64,000 nt of DNA from Azolla caroliniana. Taxonomy: Eukaryota > Plantae > Polypodiophyta. The notes beneath the pieces are model-generated. The model was given only the letters and a program-made list of their open reading frames with translations, had not been told where the DNA came from and did no database searches. Below, one piece after another: positions 11,900 to 26,662 of this stretch. How positions within the stretch are numbered: position 1 is the stretch's first letter; every line of letters starts with the position of its first letter. The stretch covers positions 1,612,001-1,676,000 of the forward strand of contig JBHGNT010000010.1 in NCBI GenBank assembly GCA_043228905.1. The letters are read 5' to 3'. The translations under genes and the position numbers were made by a program.

Positions 11900-14800
11900 A
11901 TGGTGTTAGGGTTAGGGTCCCGATCCAAAAAGGATCAGGCCTCCTCCATAGCTTCTCAGCTAGTAGACTTTCACATTCATCTTCTCGAGATCAGGCCATG
12001 GCCAGCACAGACTCCTCCTCCGTCTTCATCCAAATCTTCGCCATATGTTCCATTGCTTCTCCTGCGATGGAACCGAGGAGATAATGCAGTTGGAGTGTCC
12101 AAAATAATAAACCCTAACAATTTTCAGATTATCGATGGATCAAGAAAGATCGTATTAGATGAATCCATCCGGATCTCTACAGCCCCCAATCGGGAAATAA
12201 TTAAGAAAGCAAAGAAGATATTACCTGATTTGGACCGTCCATTAGTCTTCTCTCTCATTGAGGCTGATTCTCCAAACCCAAAATTGAATTCTAGTAAGAA
12301 TAATTCTCCCCCTTTAGCACAAACTGAGCTCAAAATGGAGCCTTTTCTATCAATGACACTCCCACAAGCATTCTCCATTCCTCTCTCTGTTTCAAAGAAG
12401 AAGAACAATATACTGGCTAATCCTTCGATGAAGGATGGTCCTCGGCTTCATTTCACTATTGATCGTTACAAACAATCAGATCAAGATAAAGATGATGCAA
12501 AATCAATTGGTAAATATAGTAGTAGTGTGGGTAATAATTCGGGAGGGTTCGAGTCGGCAGCTGCCTCATCAGCATCAGATGGTTCTTCTCTTCCCCCACC
12601 CATTGATGAAGATGAGCAACGAGCTATTGTGGCATCACTACTGAGTGATGATGATGATGACGATGTTGATGAAGAAGAAGAAACAAGAGAAACTAGGGGA
12701 AGAGAAAAAGATAGAGAAAGAGATAACGGAGATGTTCTATTGCAAGAGGAAGAGATGGAAAGCTTTACCGATGATGAAGAAGATCCTCCTCCTCCTCTGA
12801 CCTCATCTAGGTCGAGTGATGTAGTAATGGATGTCAATTCCAATCTTCCTCGGAATGAGATCCGGAAGGTGAACAATCCCTTGGCTCCAGATTTACTAGA
12901 GGTAAGTATTGAATGAATATTCAAGTTGTCAATCATTTTCTGAATAATTCATTTTCACATTGTAATGAAGAGGGGTGAGTTTTATGAACAGAATCTCCAT
13001 TTCAAGAGGTTATGATTAGCATCCATTAATTTTCCGTGATGTAATATATGTTGTTTTTCTTGCTCAGAGCTAGATTTGGAGGGCAAACCGAACATCAAAT
13101 ATAGTTTTAGGAGAGGTAGTCATTGGTTCATGCATTCATTTACTTCGGTTTTGCATATAGAGATTAGCATCAATCAATTGGCTATTAATGAAGCAATGTA
13201 GTAGGTCCTCGAAATGAAACCTGGAATGCGAAGAAACCCCTAGGTACATGTTGATTAAGTAAAGGTAAGCATCAAGAATTCACGCACTCATTTATCTGGA
13301 GCATACATTCATCTTTATTGCACATAAGAGGTGGATAAGGTTGGTTCAGGGATAGGTGTCCTCAGCAAGATATATGTATAAACTAATCAGTAATGAAGAA
13401 TGGAACAATCTGAAGAGATTCCTTTGCTTCCTCAAAACGAGTTTTGGAGGACAAAGATACCCATGGCACAAGATTTAGTTGATATGGGCGTTGCACCAAT
13501 CAAAGTCATTGTGGAGGATTCAGTCATTGCGTTAAACACTGATAGTGGCATATTCATTCATTGCATCGATCACTCATTATGTAATGTGGAGGACTCCTTT
13601 ATTCCGCTGGTTACTTGTTAAGGAGTTTTATCATTCCTTCACATTGAGTATAATAAAGAGATGAGGTGGGTTCCACAAGTAGATGTCCCAATCAAGAAAT
13701 GGGCATCAATTAATCAATCATTAATGAAATAGTGTGAGCGACGTAGTTATCAAGGTATTTGCTTAATCAATGCTGAATCAAATCAGCAGATTATGGCTAG
13801 AGTAGGGTCTCTCCTATGAGGTGAGGCCAATTAGCCTATTAGAAGGGTTTTGCACCTCCATTCTACGCCCAGAGGTCTCTAGCATGATCCATGGGGAAAG
13901 GTATACAATGAAGAGCTGCCATCTCAAGAAGGCGATTAGTCATATAGTGAACGCGATGCACATGGGTATCTAGAGTTCTACGTAACTCTAAAAGCCCTAG
14001 CACCTGCAGAGACAATGTCCATGCCCAGAACATAGTCATCCAGACAGACGTGGCCATAAGGTTCTAACTTCCGATTGTCGTATCTCTAGCCTTTATTCCA
14101 ACCCTAACAGCATGTTTAATGTGCTTAGCATGCATGTTCATAATAATAGGCAGTGATAATTGTGGTTAATTCATCATTCTTATCATTTTTTATGTTACTC
14201 ACTCATTTTGATCTACCATGACACAGAAGCCACCAGGCAAAGCCGATGATTGGATGTTAAGACCTACCCTTCCATCGCCGCAAGCCTCACCTGCGAGGGC
14301 TGCAGCAATTGCAGCTTCAACTGCTTACACTCCAAAACGTTCCTTTTTAACAAGAAATGTCAAGGATGAACCCAACAGTTCATACAGCAGTGAGGAGGAT
14401 GATTTGCCCTTCCGTTTTTCACGTCAATCTCCCTCGGCTCCCATGAACAGATGGCACATGTCACTTAAGTCTCCTCTTAATAGCATAAAAACTACCCGTG
14501 ACATGCCAGTGATAGTGGAGAATACTAATACAGTGAGGGAAGTATCTAGCATTCTTGATGCCAAGGGAAATAGTGATAAAGAGGGTAAGATGTCAAAAAA
14601 CTCCAACATGCAAGGTGATCAAGCTGAAAATACCATTCAATCAGAGACACTGACAAACATAACACCTCTGTTACAAAGTAAAGAGATGCTTAGAGAGAGT
14701 GCTGAATCGTTGATCATCATCGCAACAAAGTCGGATATTTCATGTTCACCCAACCAATTAAGTAATGAGAACTCCACAAAAGGAAATTTTGAGCTTAAAA

Positions 14801-17800
14801 TGATTGCCAAACAACATTTTGATGATAGGAAATCATATGGGAATTTGGAAAAATCAAACAACGAAGTTGAGATTATAGAAGAGAGGTCTCTATCAATAGT
14901 TAAATCTGCTGAGGATACACATAAACCAAAGTTGCCGATTGTGCCTGAGATAAAAAATGTACTGAAATCATCCTTGGTGGAGAAGTATGCTGCAGAAAAT
15001 ACCCTGGCAAACACCTCAGCAAGTCCAGATCCAGTAGAAGAGAAGCTTTTCACATACAAACATGCAAATAATCAAGAAAACTTTGATTGGAAACAGTTAG
15101 AAGAAGCCAAATGCAAGGTGATACTTGCAGAAGCAAGGGCCCTGCAGATGGAAAAAGAAATTGAAAAATTGAGAGGAGAACTGAGAGATGTTGCGGCTGT
15201 AGAAGCTTCCTTGTATTCAGCCACAGCTGAACATGGCAGCTCATCATTAAAGCTTCATGCTCCTGCACGTAGGCTTGCTAGAGTGTATTCGTTTGCTTGT
15301 AGACATGGGACTGAAGAGACAAGGGCAGGAAGTGCAAGGAATACTATGGCAGGGCTTGTTCTAGTTGCCAGAACTTGTGGTAATGATGTTCCAAGGTCTG
15401 GAATGCTTCTGTATTTGTTGTGAAAAATGTTGCAGCTATGTGTATGTTTTATTTTAAAGTGACCATTTGGTTATAGGTTGACTTTTTGGTGGTCTAACAT
15501 TATCGTGCTGCGGGAAATCATCTCTAGTAATATTGATATCATGCTAGCATCTGCAACTATAGTCACAAAAACGCATCCTGAAAATTTATCTGATGACCTA
15601 AAGCTCCATCAACAAAAACTTTTTCTTGGGGATTGGAGAGACCCGCACACATTTCTTGCTGCTTTAGAACAGCTTGAGGGATGGATCTACACTAAAGTGG
15701 TGGAGTCAATATGGTGGCAGGTTTGTGACACAAGTTCTACCAACTATTTTATGCATGAGAAAGAATACATAAGACATATTCAATCTTTTTTCTAAAATGA
15801 AGTCCATGGTCAACATCCAGCAAAGAAGTTCTGAATGCTCAACACATTGTGTCTGCCTGCTGAAATTCAGTATAGATAATAACAGTGTCTGAAGATTTCA
15901 AGTATAGATACACGCAAATAGTGATTAGTAACTTAGTTCACCTAACCATTCGGTTAACCTCAATAATGAATGATATATATACAATGTGACAGAATAACAC
16001 TAATTAATAATGTGATTATTGACTCCAATTCCTAAAGCATTGAGCCAACAGAATCTATTGAACCAATGGAGTTTTATTCAAAGAGAAAGAAAGAATGAGC
16101 AATTTTTTCTATCCATATTGAATGAGAACTGTATGATTGAGAATAGCTATTTATCACCACTAGGTAGTGGATGGGTCTGAGTTATAAGACAGTTTAGTTT
16201 AAGGCCGTTCCGGCCATGTACTTTCAAATTGAAAATCATGACAGTTGAAGTGTCACCAGATCTACGCCTGCTTTTTAGCCACACGAGATTCGATCATAAT
16301 GGCACATATAAGGGAACCTCTTTTACTTTTGGTTCGGATGGTTCCCAGTGATTCAACTACCATGTATAGTATGTATTACTGTAGCCGGAAAGCACCGGAG
16401 AGTGACAACCAAGGGGCGAAAATAATAAGAACTTATGGCCATTTGATGAAATAGAGAAAAACTTGTGCGGCATTTGGATAAATTTTTGTTGGAATTTAAG
16501 TTATGTTGTGAAAATCGTTGCTCGGGGGAAGGGGAAGGAGGGAGGGGGGATTTTGAACCAATTGGCCTTTTGGTGAAATAACAAGAAGCAAGGAGTATTT
16601 GGGGATGATAAAAGAAATGGCTCCTCCCCCCCCCCCCCCCCCTCCCCCAAGTATTATGAGGATTTTTCGCCGACATTTAGTAATGTTAACATTCACATGA
16701 TAAAAAGGTTTTTGATGCACTTCAAAAGAAAATGACAAATATAAATTTCGATAATAATATTACCATACATGGGACTCAGGTAGCATATCATCCACAGACT
16801 GTGTTATGTGCACATGATGGTTACAATCTACATGAATACTGCAATGTGGATAATGAAGAAAGGAACTGAAGCTGGGGCACCTTTTTCATGAGGAGCAACA
16901 AGTGCTCAAGTTAGACATAATAGAGTTCTCCCAGTGTGAGTAGACCTCTTGGAAGTATAAGTTCATACGTAACATTTTGGTTCTATATGAATGAACAGAG
17001 ATATGTTAAGTCTCGTAGTTTTCCTTTCCATGCAGAGTCCAGACATCTGGACATACGTTATTCTTATTCTGATGAAGATAGGAGGGACTGCAGTCTGCAG
17101 ATGATTATGGGTGGCTGAGGCGATTTTGGAGGTCTTTCTTGTGTTTGGGCTAGCATTATAGGTAACTTGATTTTAAATTGAGCTCCTTGCATGAGACACT
17201 AGTAGATGTGATGGCTTATACAATCTTCACTGCACACCCTTTGTCAGTTCATGGAATAGGTGAGCTAAATTGTGTTCACAGTGAAAATATACAACTTGTA
17301 CAGTGACGAGACGCTAGATAGTGAAGTAAACAAGAAACGGTATATGGAGTAAGTGTCTTTCTGGAATACCCTGAACTTTACATGTGCTGTATAGCAATTC
17401 TAAGTCTGTAGTTCATTAGCACAAGAACCTTTTTCTGTCCTAGAATTCTGGAACTGCAATAAGACACCATTCCATGGGAAGCTGTGGGAATGCTTATTGA
17501 AACCGAGGCAAATTGGGAAGGACAAATAATAAGTGCTGTTGAGCATTGCAAATTGCAGTTGGATTTCTGTCCCAAATCTCCCCTTGTCTCTCTCTCTCTC
17601 TCTCCCTCTCTGTGTTAAACGAGAGGTCAGTACTCCAACTTATGTGATACAAAACAACATGAGCTAGATGTATAAGTTTAATGCATCTTTAACTCATTTT
17701 CCCCTTTTCCACAACTTGCCTCGAGGTAACACAGTAATTGCTGGTAGTAATAGTCGTCGGATTGGGAACTTAACTAGAGGATGCTTGCTTATAAATCTTT

Positions 17801-20800
17801 CATATACAAGATCAAGTTTGTACCTCCACTAATTATTCTAGGTAACCATGTTAAATATTGGACAGAAACATGAGGATGTCAAACACAGAGTATACAGTGG
17901 CAAATACATAGGATTATATTCGCAAATTGCTTTTGGATTTCTGTTCAAAATTTCTATTTGTTTCTCTAAGCTGTAACCTGTGAGAGATCAATGTAACTTG
18001 TGTGACACAAAACATCTGGACTAGACAGATAGGGTTCTTGCATCTTTGACTCATGTTTCCCTTGTTGCATAACTTTTCTTGAGGTAACATAGTAACTGCT
18101 GTTGTAATAGTTGTCAGATTGGGAACTTAACTAGAAGGCGCTTACCAATAAATCTCTGAAGAGAAGGTCAATTTTGTAATTTTGCCAATTATTACTAGAT
18201 GATTATGATAAATATTGGACAGAAACATGGGGATGCACAAACTAATATTTTATACTGGAGAAGACATAGATTTATATTAGCGAAGTGATAAAGCCCAGCC
18301 ACAAGAAAGCGTTTGATAAGAAAGAAAGAAATGTTAATATCTTTTAAGAGGCCAAAATGGCCTATAAGACTATACAAGAGATTACATCTTAAGTATTGTC
18401 ACTTTGTTGAGAAAAACAAATCAAAATAAAATAAATATTACTAAGTAAATATAAAAGTAAATAAGATAAAAAGAGATGAAAGAATCTGGTTTTTGACACA
18501 TAAGATTCTCAAGTTAGATATACTATAAGTTCTGTTTCGAAAGATCTTTTGCATAGTCGATCCAGAATGGAGAGATCCATATGCTCCTAGTTGAGTAGAT
18601 AATCTGCCTAACACTTTTGTCATTATCTATCTGCTAAGCTTGTTAGAGACCAACTTTCGAGAAGACTTTGCTCTCTCGACCTATTGCAGGGAAGACATTC
18701 AACATTGCTTACCCAAAATGCAAGCCTCACACTTCCTGGGCACTTTGGCCAGTCTACACAAGTTGATCTGCTTGAATCTTCCAGGATATTGTGGAACTCA
18801 GGTGCCCAAAGCATTGATACTGTAGCTTCGCATCCGATATTGTCTTGCACTCATTTGTGACTAATGCGGTCAACTCAAGCAGAACACCCAATGACTGTCT
18901 GTTATTGGTATAGGTTTTCACAGCTACGCTTATAGTCAGCACCTGCAAATCTTGACATCCACAATACATTTCACCAGACTTGAAGAACCAGAAGTACATC
19001 TTCCAAGAACTTTGTTCCAGCCCCTTTACTGATCTGCTTTCCTAGGCAGGACATCTGATCGTTTCCCACTGGGAAGAATGCATCTTTGACACGCCCCAAA
19101 GTTCCAGAATGAGTTCTTTTGACTCGTCATGTCCTGGCTTGCTCCTTCTCAATACATATGCACTTGACCACACTTCAGTGAGGCCTAGAGAGCTGACACG
19201 ATCTGCATTCTCCACTAGCAACAACTCCACACTCTCAACGTCAGCTGAATGAAGGGATGCCTTCTTGGCTCTCCCTTATCCAGATGTATCAAACTCTTGG
19301 TTTTTGACTTTGCAGTCTCCTGCTATATGCCCTGTTTGCCACATGTACATCACCCTCTACTAAAGGACTTTCCGCTCAACCTTCCACCCTTCTCTCTACC
19401 CTATCAAGCAGAGAATGAGGATTCCATATTTGACTATTGACATTTTCCCATATGCTACGTTTCTTCATGAGTGGTCAAAGCTGAGTTCTCATCCACAACT
19501 TGAAGGAAAGTAGAGAATTGCTTACCTGAATGGTCCAGGTTGTCACCAAGCCATTATTCTTCAGAAGCACAGTGTGGATACATCTTCGAGCTAACTCGAC
19601 ACCAGATCTCACTAATCTGACAATTGCCATCTGGGAATGCTTTATCATTGTGATAAACCATTCCGCTTTGTCACCTTCCACCATCCACTCAGAGGCCACT
19701 GATTCTCCAGGGTTGGATTCTGGTCTTGTTTGGCATCTCAAATTGATCTTGCAAAATTGTCCAAGAAGCCACAACATTCATAGAGTGCTAAATCAACATT
19801 GGCACTGAATCTGTCATTGAATATGGAGGATAAAGGGAAAGAGATAGTGAAGCATTCATCCCGTCATTTTTGTGGAGATGGAGATGGAAAGGCATAAAGT
19901 GCAAAGGATGATCTCAAGCTTACAGTAAATTATTGCAGTGAATTCAGCATTAGGAAACAGGACGCCGAAAGAGTCAATACATGTACTCTTGGTGAAAAGC
20001 CTTTTAATGTTTTCACCAAGTTGGGTGTTGCACAGAAATAATAATTGTGTAAAAATGTATGCTGTTTCTTATGTGATCAACCAAGAATCCTAGGTGAAGC
20101 ATTTCCCAAATGTTCAATCAGAAGAACTTTATGCACATAGTTTGAGTGATGCCTATCTTTTTATTATCAGTGTTACCCCTGTCCTGTGTCAGTTCAGCAT
20201 TTGAACAATTTCCTTACTGCTGCTCCATTTTAACGCTGTCAAAGTGATAGTCTGTTTTGCTAAAACCAAATACCGCCATTTCATGTAATGATACGTTAGG
20301 GTAGGAATAGATAGGCTTACACAATGTATTCATGTAGTTAGAAAGTTTGTCCTAGTCTACAGTGGAGGGTCGCCCTTGTAGTCATTGGCTTGCCAAATTA
20401 TTTTGATATCTAAAGAGAATTCTCCATGACAACACTTGCACAACGTTCACATTAGTATCCAAACGAGGGAGCTCTCCCTTTTATGAGAATTTATATGTGT
20501 GCTTAATGCTATTGAGAAGAATTCTTGTTTGTATATATAATGAGGTTCTTCTTGTATGGTTATGAGTTGCTTAAAAATAGCAGTAGCAAAGTTTTTCTTA
20601 ATCCGTTCTTTTGCATAAACAATTATGTCTAAAGGTTATTATCGATTGTTGTTGCATACAATGGACTTTTATGCTGCATATGTATACTATTTAAACATTA
20701 GGCCATTTCAAAATATTAATAATATTGTTGTTATATTTGATGCAACAGTTTTGAGATCTCCTTTGTTCAGTGTCTTAAAAGTGGATCACTTGCAGGTTTT

Positions 20801-23316
20801 AACACCGAAGATGCAACAACCAATTGAGGATGCAACATCTGAAGGTGAGCAAGATGATATGCATGAAAAAAGGAAGGATGCTAGTAACCATAAAATGGCA
20901 GTTAATTCAGACTTGGAAGATATCAAGCAAGGAAGCATTTCAGTGGAGATATGGAAAAAAGCATTCCTTGATTCTTATGAAAGGCTATGTCCAGTTCGAA
21001 GGCTTGGTGTAGAGTGTGGCTGCTTACCTATGCTTAATAAAATGGTAAATACACCAAATCTCAACACTGAATCCTTTCATGGTGAACCTGAGTAATCAGT
21101 TGGAATTTGAATACTTGCACATCCATATTGTATCGATTAATAATGGAAGTTATTTAGGTCCAACATTTCAATGGAGCTCCTTTTCAGTAGGATAATCAGA
21201 GCAATATAAAGAAAGTCCTAAACAAGCATATGTTTAATATACTTTGCTTGGTCATTGAAATCTAGAATCTTTCTGGTAGTATCCAAAAGTTCTGGTGTTT
21301 GACAAGCTCTAGAATCCTTTTTTATTTCTTATCGCTTTCCTTGCTGATAATGGTGGAAGATTTTCAATGTATCTCAGCCTGCCAGGAAATCATTTTAAGC
21401 AAGAGGTTGGGTCGAGATTGTTGAAATTTAGATGAGTCTTAGAAATTAATTATAATATGAAAATGAAGAGCAAGATTGGTGAATGATAATTCATAATATA
21501 TTAGGTTTACAGCTAAAATATGAACGTGCCATCCAGATTGTGAGTATTTAAATAGGAAGGCTTTTGATAGCGCATCTTCATATGTGAATGCATGGCAAAA
21601 GTTTGGGCTTCCCTGGAATTCAAGACTATGAAACAGGAGCATTTTTGGGCTTGGTTGGGAGATTTTTAATCTCATTGATGAATGTGGTGAAGATATTTGT
21701 TGGTTGTTTTTGAAGTAACAGTAAATAAACTGTGTATGAATTTATTCCAAGATGCTGAGACTCTATTTCAAATTTTTAATGGTAGGTCCTTGAAGCATGT
21801 ATTGTGAGACTGGATGTTGCTATGTTCAATGCCATCATTCGTGATGATGAAACCCCTACAGATCCAATATCTGATCCAATAAGTGATACCTGTGTCCTCC
21901 CAATCCCAATCGGCAGTCTGAGCTTTGGACTTGGAGCACAACTTAAAAATGCGGTATCATTTTAACTTCGTAATTGTTCTTTGCGTCAAGTTTTTCTCAA
22001 GTTCGTGTGCCTGATTCATTTTGTGATTCTCCAGGTGTCCAATTTATCATCATGGCTCTCAAATCTAATTTATAAAGATGTGAATAGTACTATTTCTAAT
22101 GACACATCAGAGGAGTCGGAGAGAAGCTTTGTTATGTTTCCATTGTTGAAAGCAATGGGAGGCTTGTTGATGCTTCCAAAAGACATGCTTATTGACAAGT
22201 CTCTTAGAAAAGAGGTGTTTGCCAATGCTTCAAATAGTTTTCTTGAAATAGTTTCCTATGGAATGCGAAGGTTTCTCATTTCTCTTATTTTCTGACATAC
22301 AGGTCTGTTCCACGTTAAGTTTAACTTTCATTGGAAGAATTCTCTCCAAGTACCAGCCAGATGAGTTTTCCCCAGATCCTGTCTCATCAGAGTTGCTTGA
22401 TGCCATCAATTCTGAAGTAAATTTTCTTCCTCGTTGCACAATTTCATCTAAAAACACAATAGTATCTGTGAGTTTGTTTCAACAAAGATCAAGAGACAAT
22501 TTGAAAAGAAACACTCAATCTTTATACACAGATTATTGTTTTGATCTTTTGTTGTCTCAACTTTCATATTTGAGACTATAGTTTTGTTGTATGTCCATTC
22601 TGATTTTTTGCCAGCTGTTAGGGCTGTGCTAGATAGCCTTCTATCCCCTTGTGATGTTTCTTCAGTATAGAAAGCACATGGAATATAGCAAGGATATAAG
22701 AATTCCTTTAGTATAATTAGGTAATGAGCGGTATAGTTGGGTCTGGGGAAACAATATGCTAACCGTTGCAATAAGACAATGATGGGAACTAAGATGCATG
22801 TAAATGGTGGCGGTTTGTCATACACTGTACAACTCGGTAATCTTCGTGGGGTCATGCATTTTGCAGTTGTGCGATTTTGGGTGTTATATTTTGAGAATTG
22901 TATTGACCTTTTTGGGGAACTGAGGTACTCTCAAAATATTGATTACAATTTGAGTATTGGTAAGACCATTGGTTTGTGTCATGTTTTAACAGATCGCAGC
23001 AGATAAAGACGAAGGAATGATGTCACTAAATATTGCTGTTTCGCCTCCAGTAACGTATTCTCGCCCTCATTCAAGTATGGTGAAACCTTGGATTGGAGAT
23101 GCTGTCAGTGTGAATGGTCTCTTTAATAGAAGCAACTCTGTTTTGAGGAAGGGCCATACAAGTGATGATGAGATTGATGAACTTGAATCTCCCATGTCAT
23201 GGCTTTTGGAAAACACGCCTTCAACTCGTATTACTAGGAAAAACAGTGGCACCATTAAAGAAGTTGGATCATGTTCTCGGTTTCGGTTACTCCGAGAAGT
23301 TTGGACCAGTGGTTGA
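11900..23316 (+). CDS. NT-C2 (EEIG1/EHBP1 N-terminal) domain protein with coiled coil and C-terminal Dilute-like region, 8 exons
   Basis: Exons 11900-12901, 14227-15395, 15477-15720, 20796-21044, 21786-21953, 22035-22214, 22303-22416, 22993-23316. All GT-AG with consistent phases. Family motifs: MVLGL...FHIHLLEIRPWP, ELRDVAAVEASLYS..AEHGSS..KLHAPARRLAR, GNDVPRLTFWWSN, ERLCPVR..GVECGCLP, RLDVAMFNAI, SFGLGAQLKNA, LLMLPKDML, PDEFSPDPV, RKGHTSDDEIDELESP, RFRLLREVW. Confidence 0.93.
13197..14109. mobile_element. Possible solo LTR in NT-C2 intron 1
   Basis: Block starting TGTAGTAGG and ending CCCTAACA, with an internal TATA-like GTATAAA and composition unlike the surrounding intron. The TSD does not match (AGCAA vs GCATG). 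Confidence 0.3.
17634..18290. repeat. Diverged ~355-bp tandem duplication in NT-C2 intron 3
   Basis: Shared blocks GAGGTAACA.AGTAA.TGCTG, GATTGGGAACTTAACTAGA and TAAATATTGGACAGAAACATG.GGATG at ~355-bp spacing. Confidence 0.85.
18560..19900 (-). mobile_element. Degenerate Ty1/copia gag-pol remnant, antisense within NT-C2 intron 3
   Basis: Minus strand, in copia order: gag-like WTILQDQFE; frameshifted zinc knuckle CGKQG-HIAGDC (~19312-19350); GAG-pre-integrase-like QCFGHLSS (~18800); CEACILGKQ (18705-18731). Many stops and frameshifts. Boundaries approximate. Confidence 0.75.
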
Positions 23317-25399
23317 ATGGACTATCAAAATTCTGTTTCTGCCATTTAGTATATATATCTGTGAATGGCAATGCAAATTTGTACAGGTATGATACACTTT
23401 ATTCTTTTCCAACTGTAAATAAAAGAGAGGGATGTTTCTATATATATATATATAGCCATGTTCTTTTGGTAGTTGGCAGTGTTTACGTAATTGTTTAGAA
23501 ACCATACAGACATCCTTCTCTTTCGCACCCATCGGATTTGGTTTGTCAACATAATTTGCCTTCTTCATGCCTTCGTCTTCTTCTTATCTTACCTCAATTG
23601 TTAAGTGCAATGCCGTGCCACGTTAGCATGCCTAGAACTTCCACTAGACACGCTCCTACGTGTGAAAATTAAGTCTTCTTTACCTTGTTATTGGGTTATG
23701 TCCTTTTGTGCCATTGTGCTCTGGACAATATGGATGATGAACAAAAAGAACAGGGAATTATCATTGTGACTGAAAATAAATGCTTATTTACTTTGACACT
23801 AATTGAGAGGAAGCTTTTAAATATTATTGTAAGATACTGAATTTGATTGCTATCTTCATATTTCTGGCGCACCCTTTAGTCCATATCCATAGTTATGCAT
23901 TGGTCATTTTTGTGGGATTATTCCATACTTTTTTTCTTCATTTGGTCAAGCCTCACTTCGTGAGGCAAAAGATTGGTATGTATTCTGAACTCTTCAACCA
24001 AAGTTTAATATTGGTGGCATCAAACATGTTACATGGTTGTGGCCACCATGCTTTCTCCATGCTTCCATGTAGTTGTCTCTAGTATTTTGCCCTATTTGAT
24101 TACGTTTTTGTATGAAAGTGTGTTTAAGTAAAACACCTTTAGAAGAACTGGATCATGATTTTGCACATTAATATACTTGGGCGCTTTATTGTTTTAATAA
24201 ATAACACACGATCGCGATTCATGCGGAATTTCTTCATAGAATGTTATTCTTTTCCTTACTGGTCTATTCTTGCTGGTGTAGGTGAGTTTTTTTATTTTGT
24301 AAATATAATGAATTGATATGTGCTACAAAAAAACATTAATGCAAATGATGTGCTCACTTTAGAGTGAATATCGTGCTTAGAGTGTGAATATGGTTTTCAT
24401 TTTCTACATGTAATGAATATAAATATATGGGAGCATCAATATGCCATTAATACACTTTAACGGCTAATGGTTTAAGATGATAATGATCCACCTTCCACTA
24501 ATCAGCAGACATTAGAATCTGCCATCAAAACTTTGAAAATGAGAAGTTCTCAGTTTACATGCTTGGTTGTTTGGTGAATACAAAGTATTTAAATTGATTT
24601 TATGCACTCCATGAATTAGGATGTGTGTGTGCGTGCTAAATTCCTAAAACCAAGATTTTCTAGATCATATATGACATGAACTTCCTACACATTAACATAA
24701 CATTGTATTAAATTGAAAGATATTGGAAATATATTGTTTGATAAGGCCATTTGTTGCTAACTTTAAAGAAAGCAAACATTAGCGATATGGAGTACAGGTA
24801 TATGATCTCATAAAACTTTCTCTTGTGCTTCATTGGCTCTTGTTTTGATTGTCATTGTGTGTGTGTGCCCACATGTGTGCATCTTGAATACTAATAAATT
24901 CATATTTCAAATTTTTTTATTAGACAAACCATTTCTAATGCCAATATGTTAATGCATGATGGTTTTAATTCTTCGTTAACCTAGTCAAGCGCTTACCACA
25001 TTTTTGTGTTTATAAAATAACAAATAATCTTCTCTACAAAGATAAAATTGTAGTCATAAGCATCCAAAAGGAACTAGGTAAAATCATATCTAGAATCACA
25101 TTAAGAAACATTACTTTCTTGCCAAGTAGAGTCTTTGAGACACTTTTTTTGCTTTGATTTATAGGCGAGTAGTAGATGCAATCTAGAGATTCGTGACATT
25201 AGTCCAAAATGTGGATTCGTGACATTATCGGTACCTCATATAATGATGATTTTTCGACACTCACCCCTAAGTTTTAAATAGAGTTGTTGGCAAGATGAAA
25301 CCATAATGAAGATTGATTGTTTGCAATTTCAATGGGAACAATATGAAGATTGAATGTTGGAGACGGTTTATGTCATTGCCAATACAAGACTAGGCCAAC

Positions 25400-26662
25400 A
25401 TCCTCCATGGAATCAGGGGCGGATGGGCTATGAGATCTGAAATCAATAACGCTCTATTGATTAGGGAAGCTGCTCATCAAAGGACGACAACGAAGAAATG
25501 GATAGGCTACAAGGAGGAGGGCTCTCTGCTCCCACGAGGTAGGGACACACTAAATAGGATTGAAGGCTCAGAACTGCAGGACAACGAGGCATCAACACAA
25601 CGTAAGGCAATTTGAGTACTAGCATATACTCAGTATAAATGGATTGTAGATCTTAATCCGATCAAAGTACAACCAGATTGGCACATATGTACTCATGAAA
25701 ACACATGGCTATGTAAGGTCAGTTGGAACCCTTTGCAATGGACATGGTGTGATCCTTATGCGGGGCAAGGAAGCAAACCTATGCCTTTCTTTCAATTCAC
25801 AACTAGATTGGGTCGCCATATTATAGCCGCTAAATTTGCCCGAGATCCGGTTGCTGCAAAGGTCTGGAAAACATATCATGTTCCTAACACAATTATCACC
25901 GAGTTCTGGTAGAAACTCTGGAAACAACAACACACGAGGCGAATCACCACTTTCCAATGGCTGTTAATACATAAGTCACTACTGGTTGGTGCATGGCAGC
26001 GTGGGAACCTCAACTCTCCTAACTGTGTAGCGTGTCCAACTGTAATAGAATCAATACGACACGCTCTATGGGACTGCCCAGAGTCCCATTGAATATGGCG
26101 GGGGGTTGGCCGCTTATTGCAATTATGCTAGGTGCAAGGCTCAATCAAGTGGGGGAATGTATGTTGGCTATCATGGTAGGCCCTAGTTGACAGATATGAG
26201 AATCAGGATGAGGGGATGACTTTGGTTATAAAAGCACAAGAGGTTTTTTGCTCCACCATCGACAATGTCCACTCAACACCTATCAATGCCAAATCTCAAG
26301 TTGTGTTGGAATTGGTCAGCCCAATAACTCTTTGGATTCTATGGAAACAACGGTGTAGATGGGTCTTCTCCAACCAAACCGTGCAACCAATAGTGTTAAT
26401 GCAAGAGATATGGAGTAAAGTGGTAGCCACTCTAAAGAGAAAACATGATGGCCTCAAGGGTGACTCCGATGGAGTTGAAAGACAATGGCTAGCCTTCATC
26501 CAACAATGGTCGTCCTCCCCCTTTATTTAGTCAGTGGGCATCCACATAAGATGGACCTATCGTGTCCCTACAGGGATTTGTATATACTAAACTTATTTAT
26601 AAAATTTTATAACTAATGGAAGGAGTTTTTTTTTTGGAATAAAAATAAAAATAAAAATAAAT
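25400..26662 (+). mobile_element. 5'-truncated degenerate LINE (L1-like) 3' end with zf-RVT and A-rich tail
   Basis: CVACPTVIESIRHALWDCP (zf-RVT-like, ~26023-26080), ITLWILWKQRCRWVF and IWSKVVATLKRKHD, all collinear with the LINE at 52-58 kb. (AAAAAT)n tail at ~26638-26662. 5' boundary approximate, no TSD found. Confidence 0.85.

Noticed and set aside
20465-20482. GAGGGAGCTCTCCC resembling a miR159/319 precursor arm
   Set aside because: No TTGGACTGAAGGG mature sequence or complementary arm nearby.
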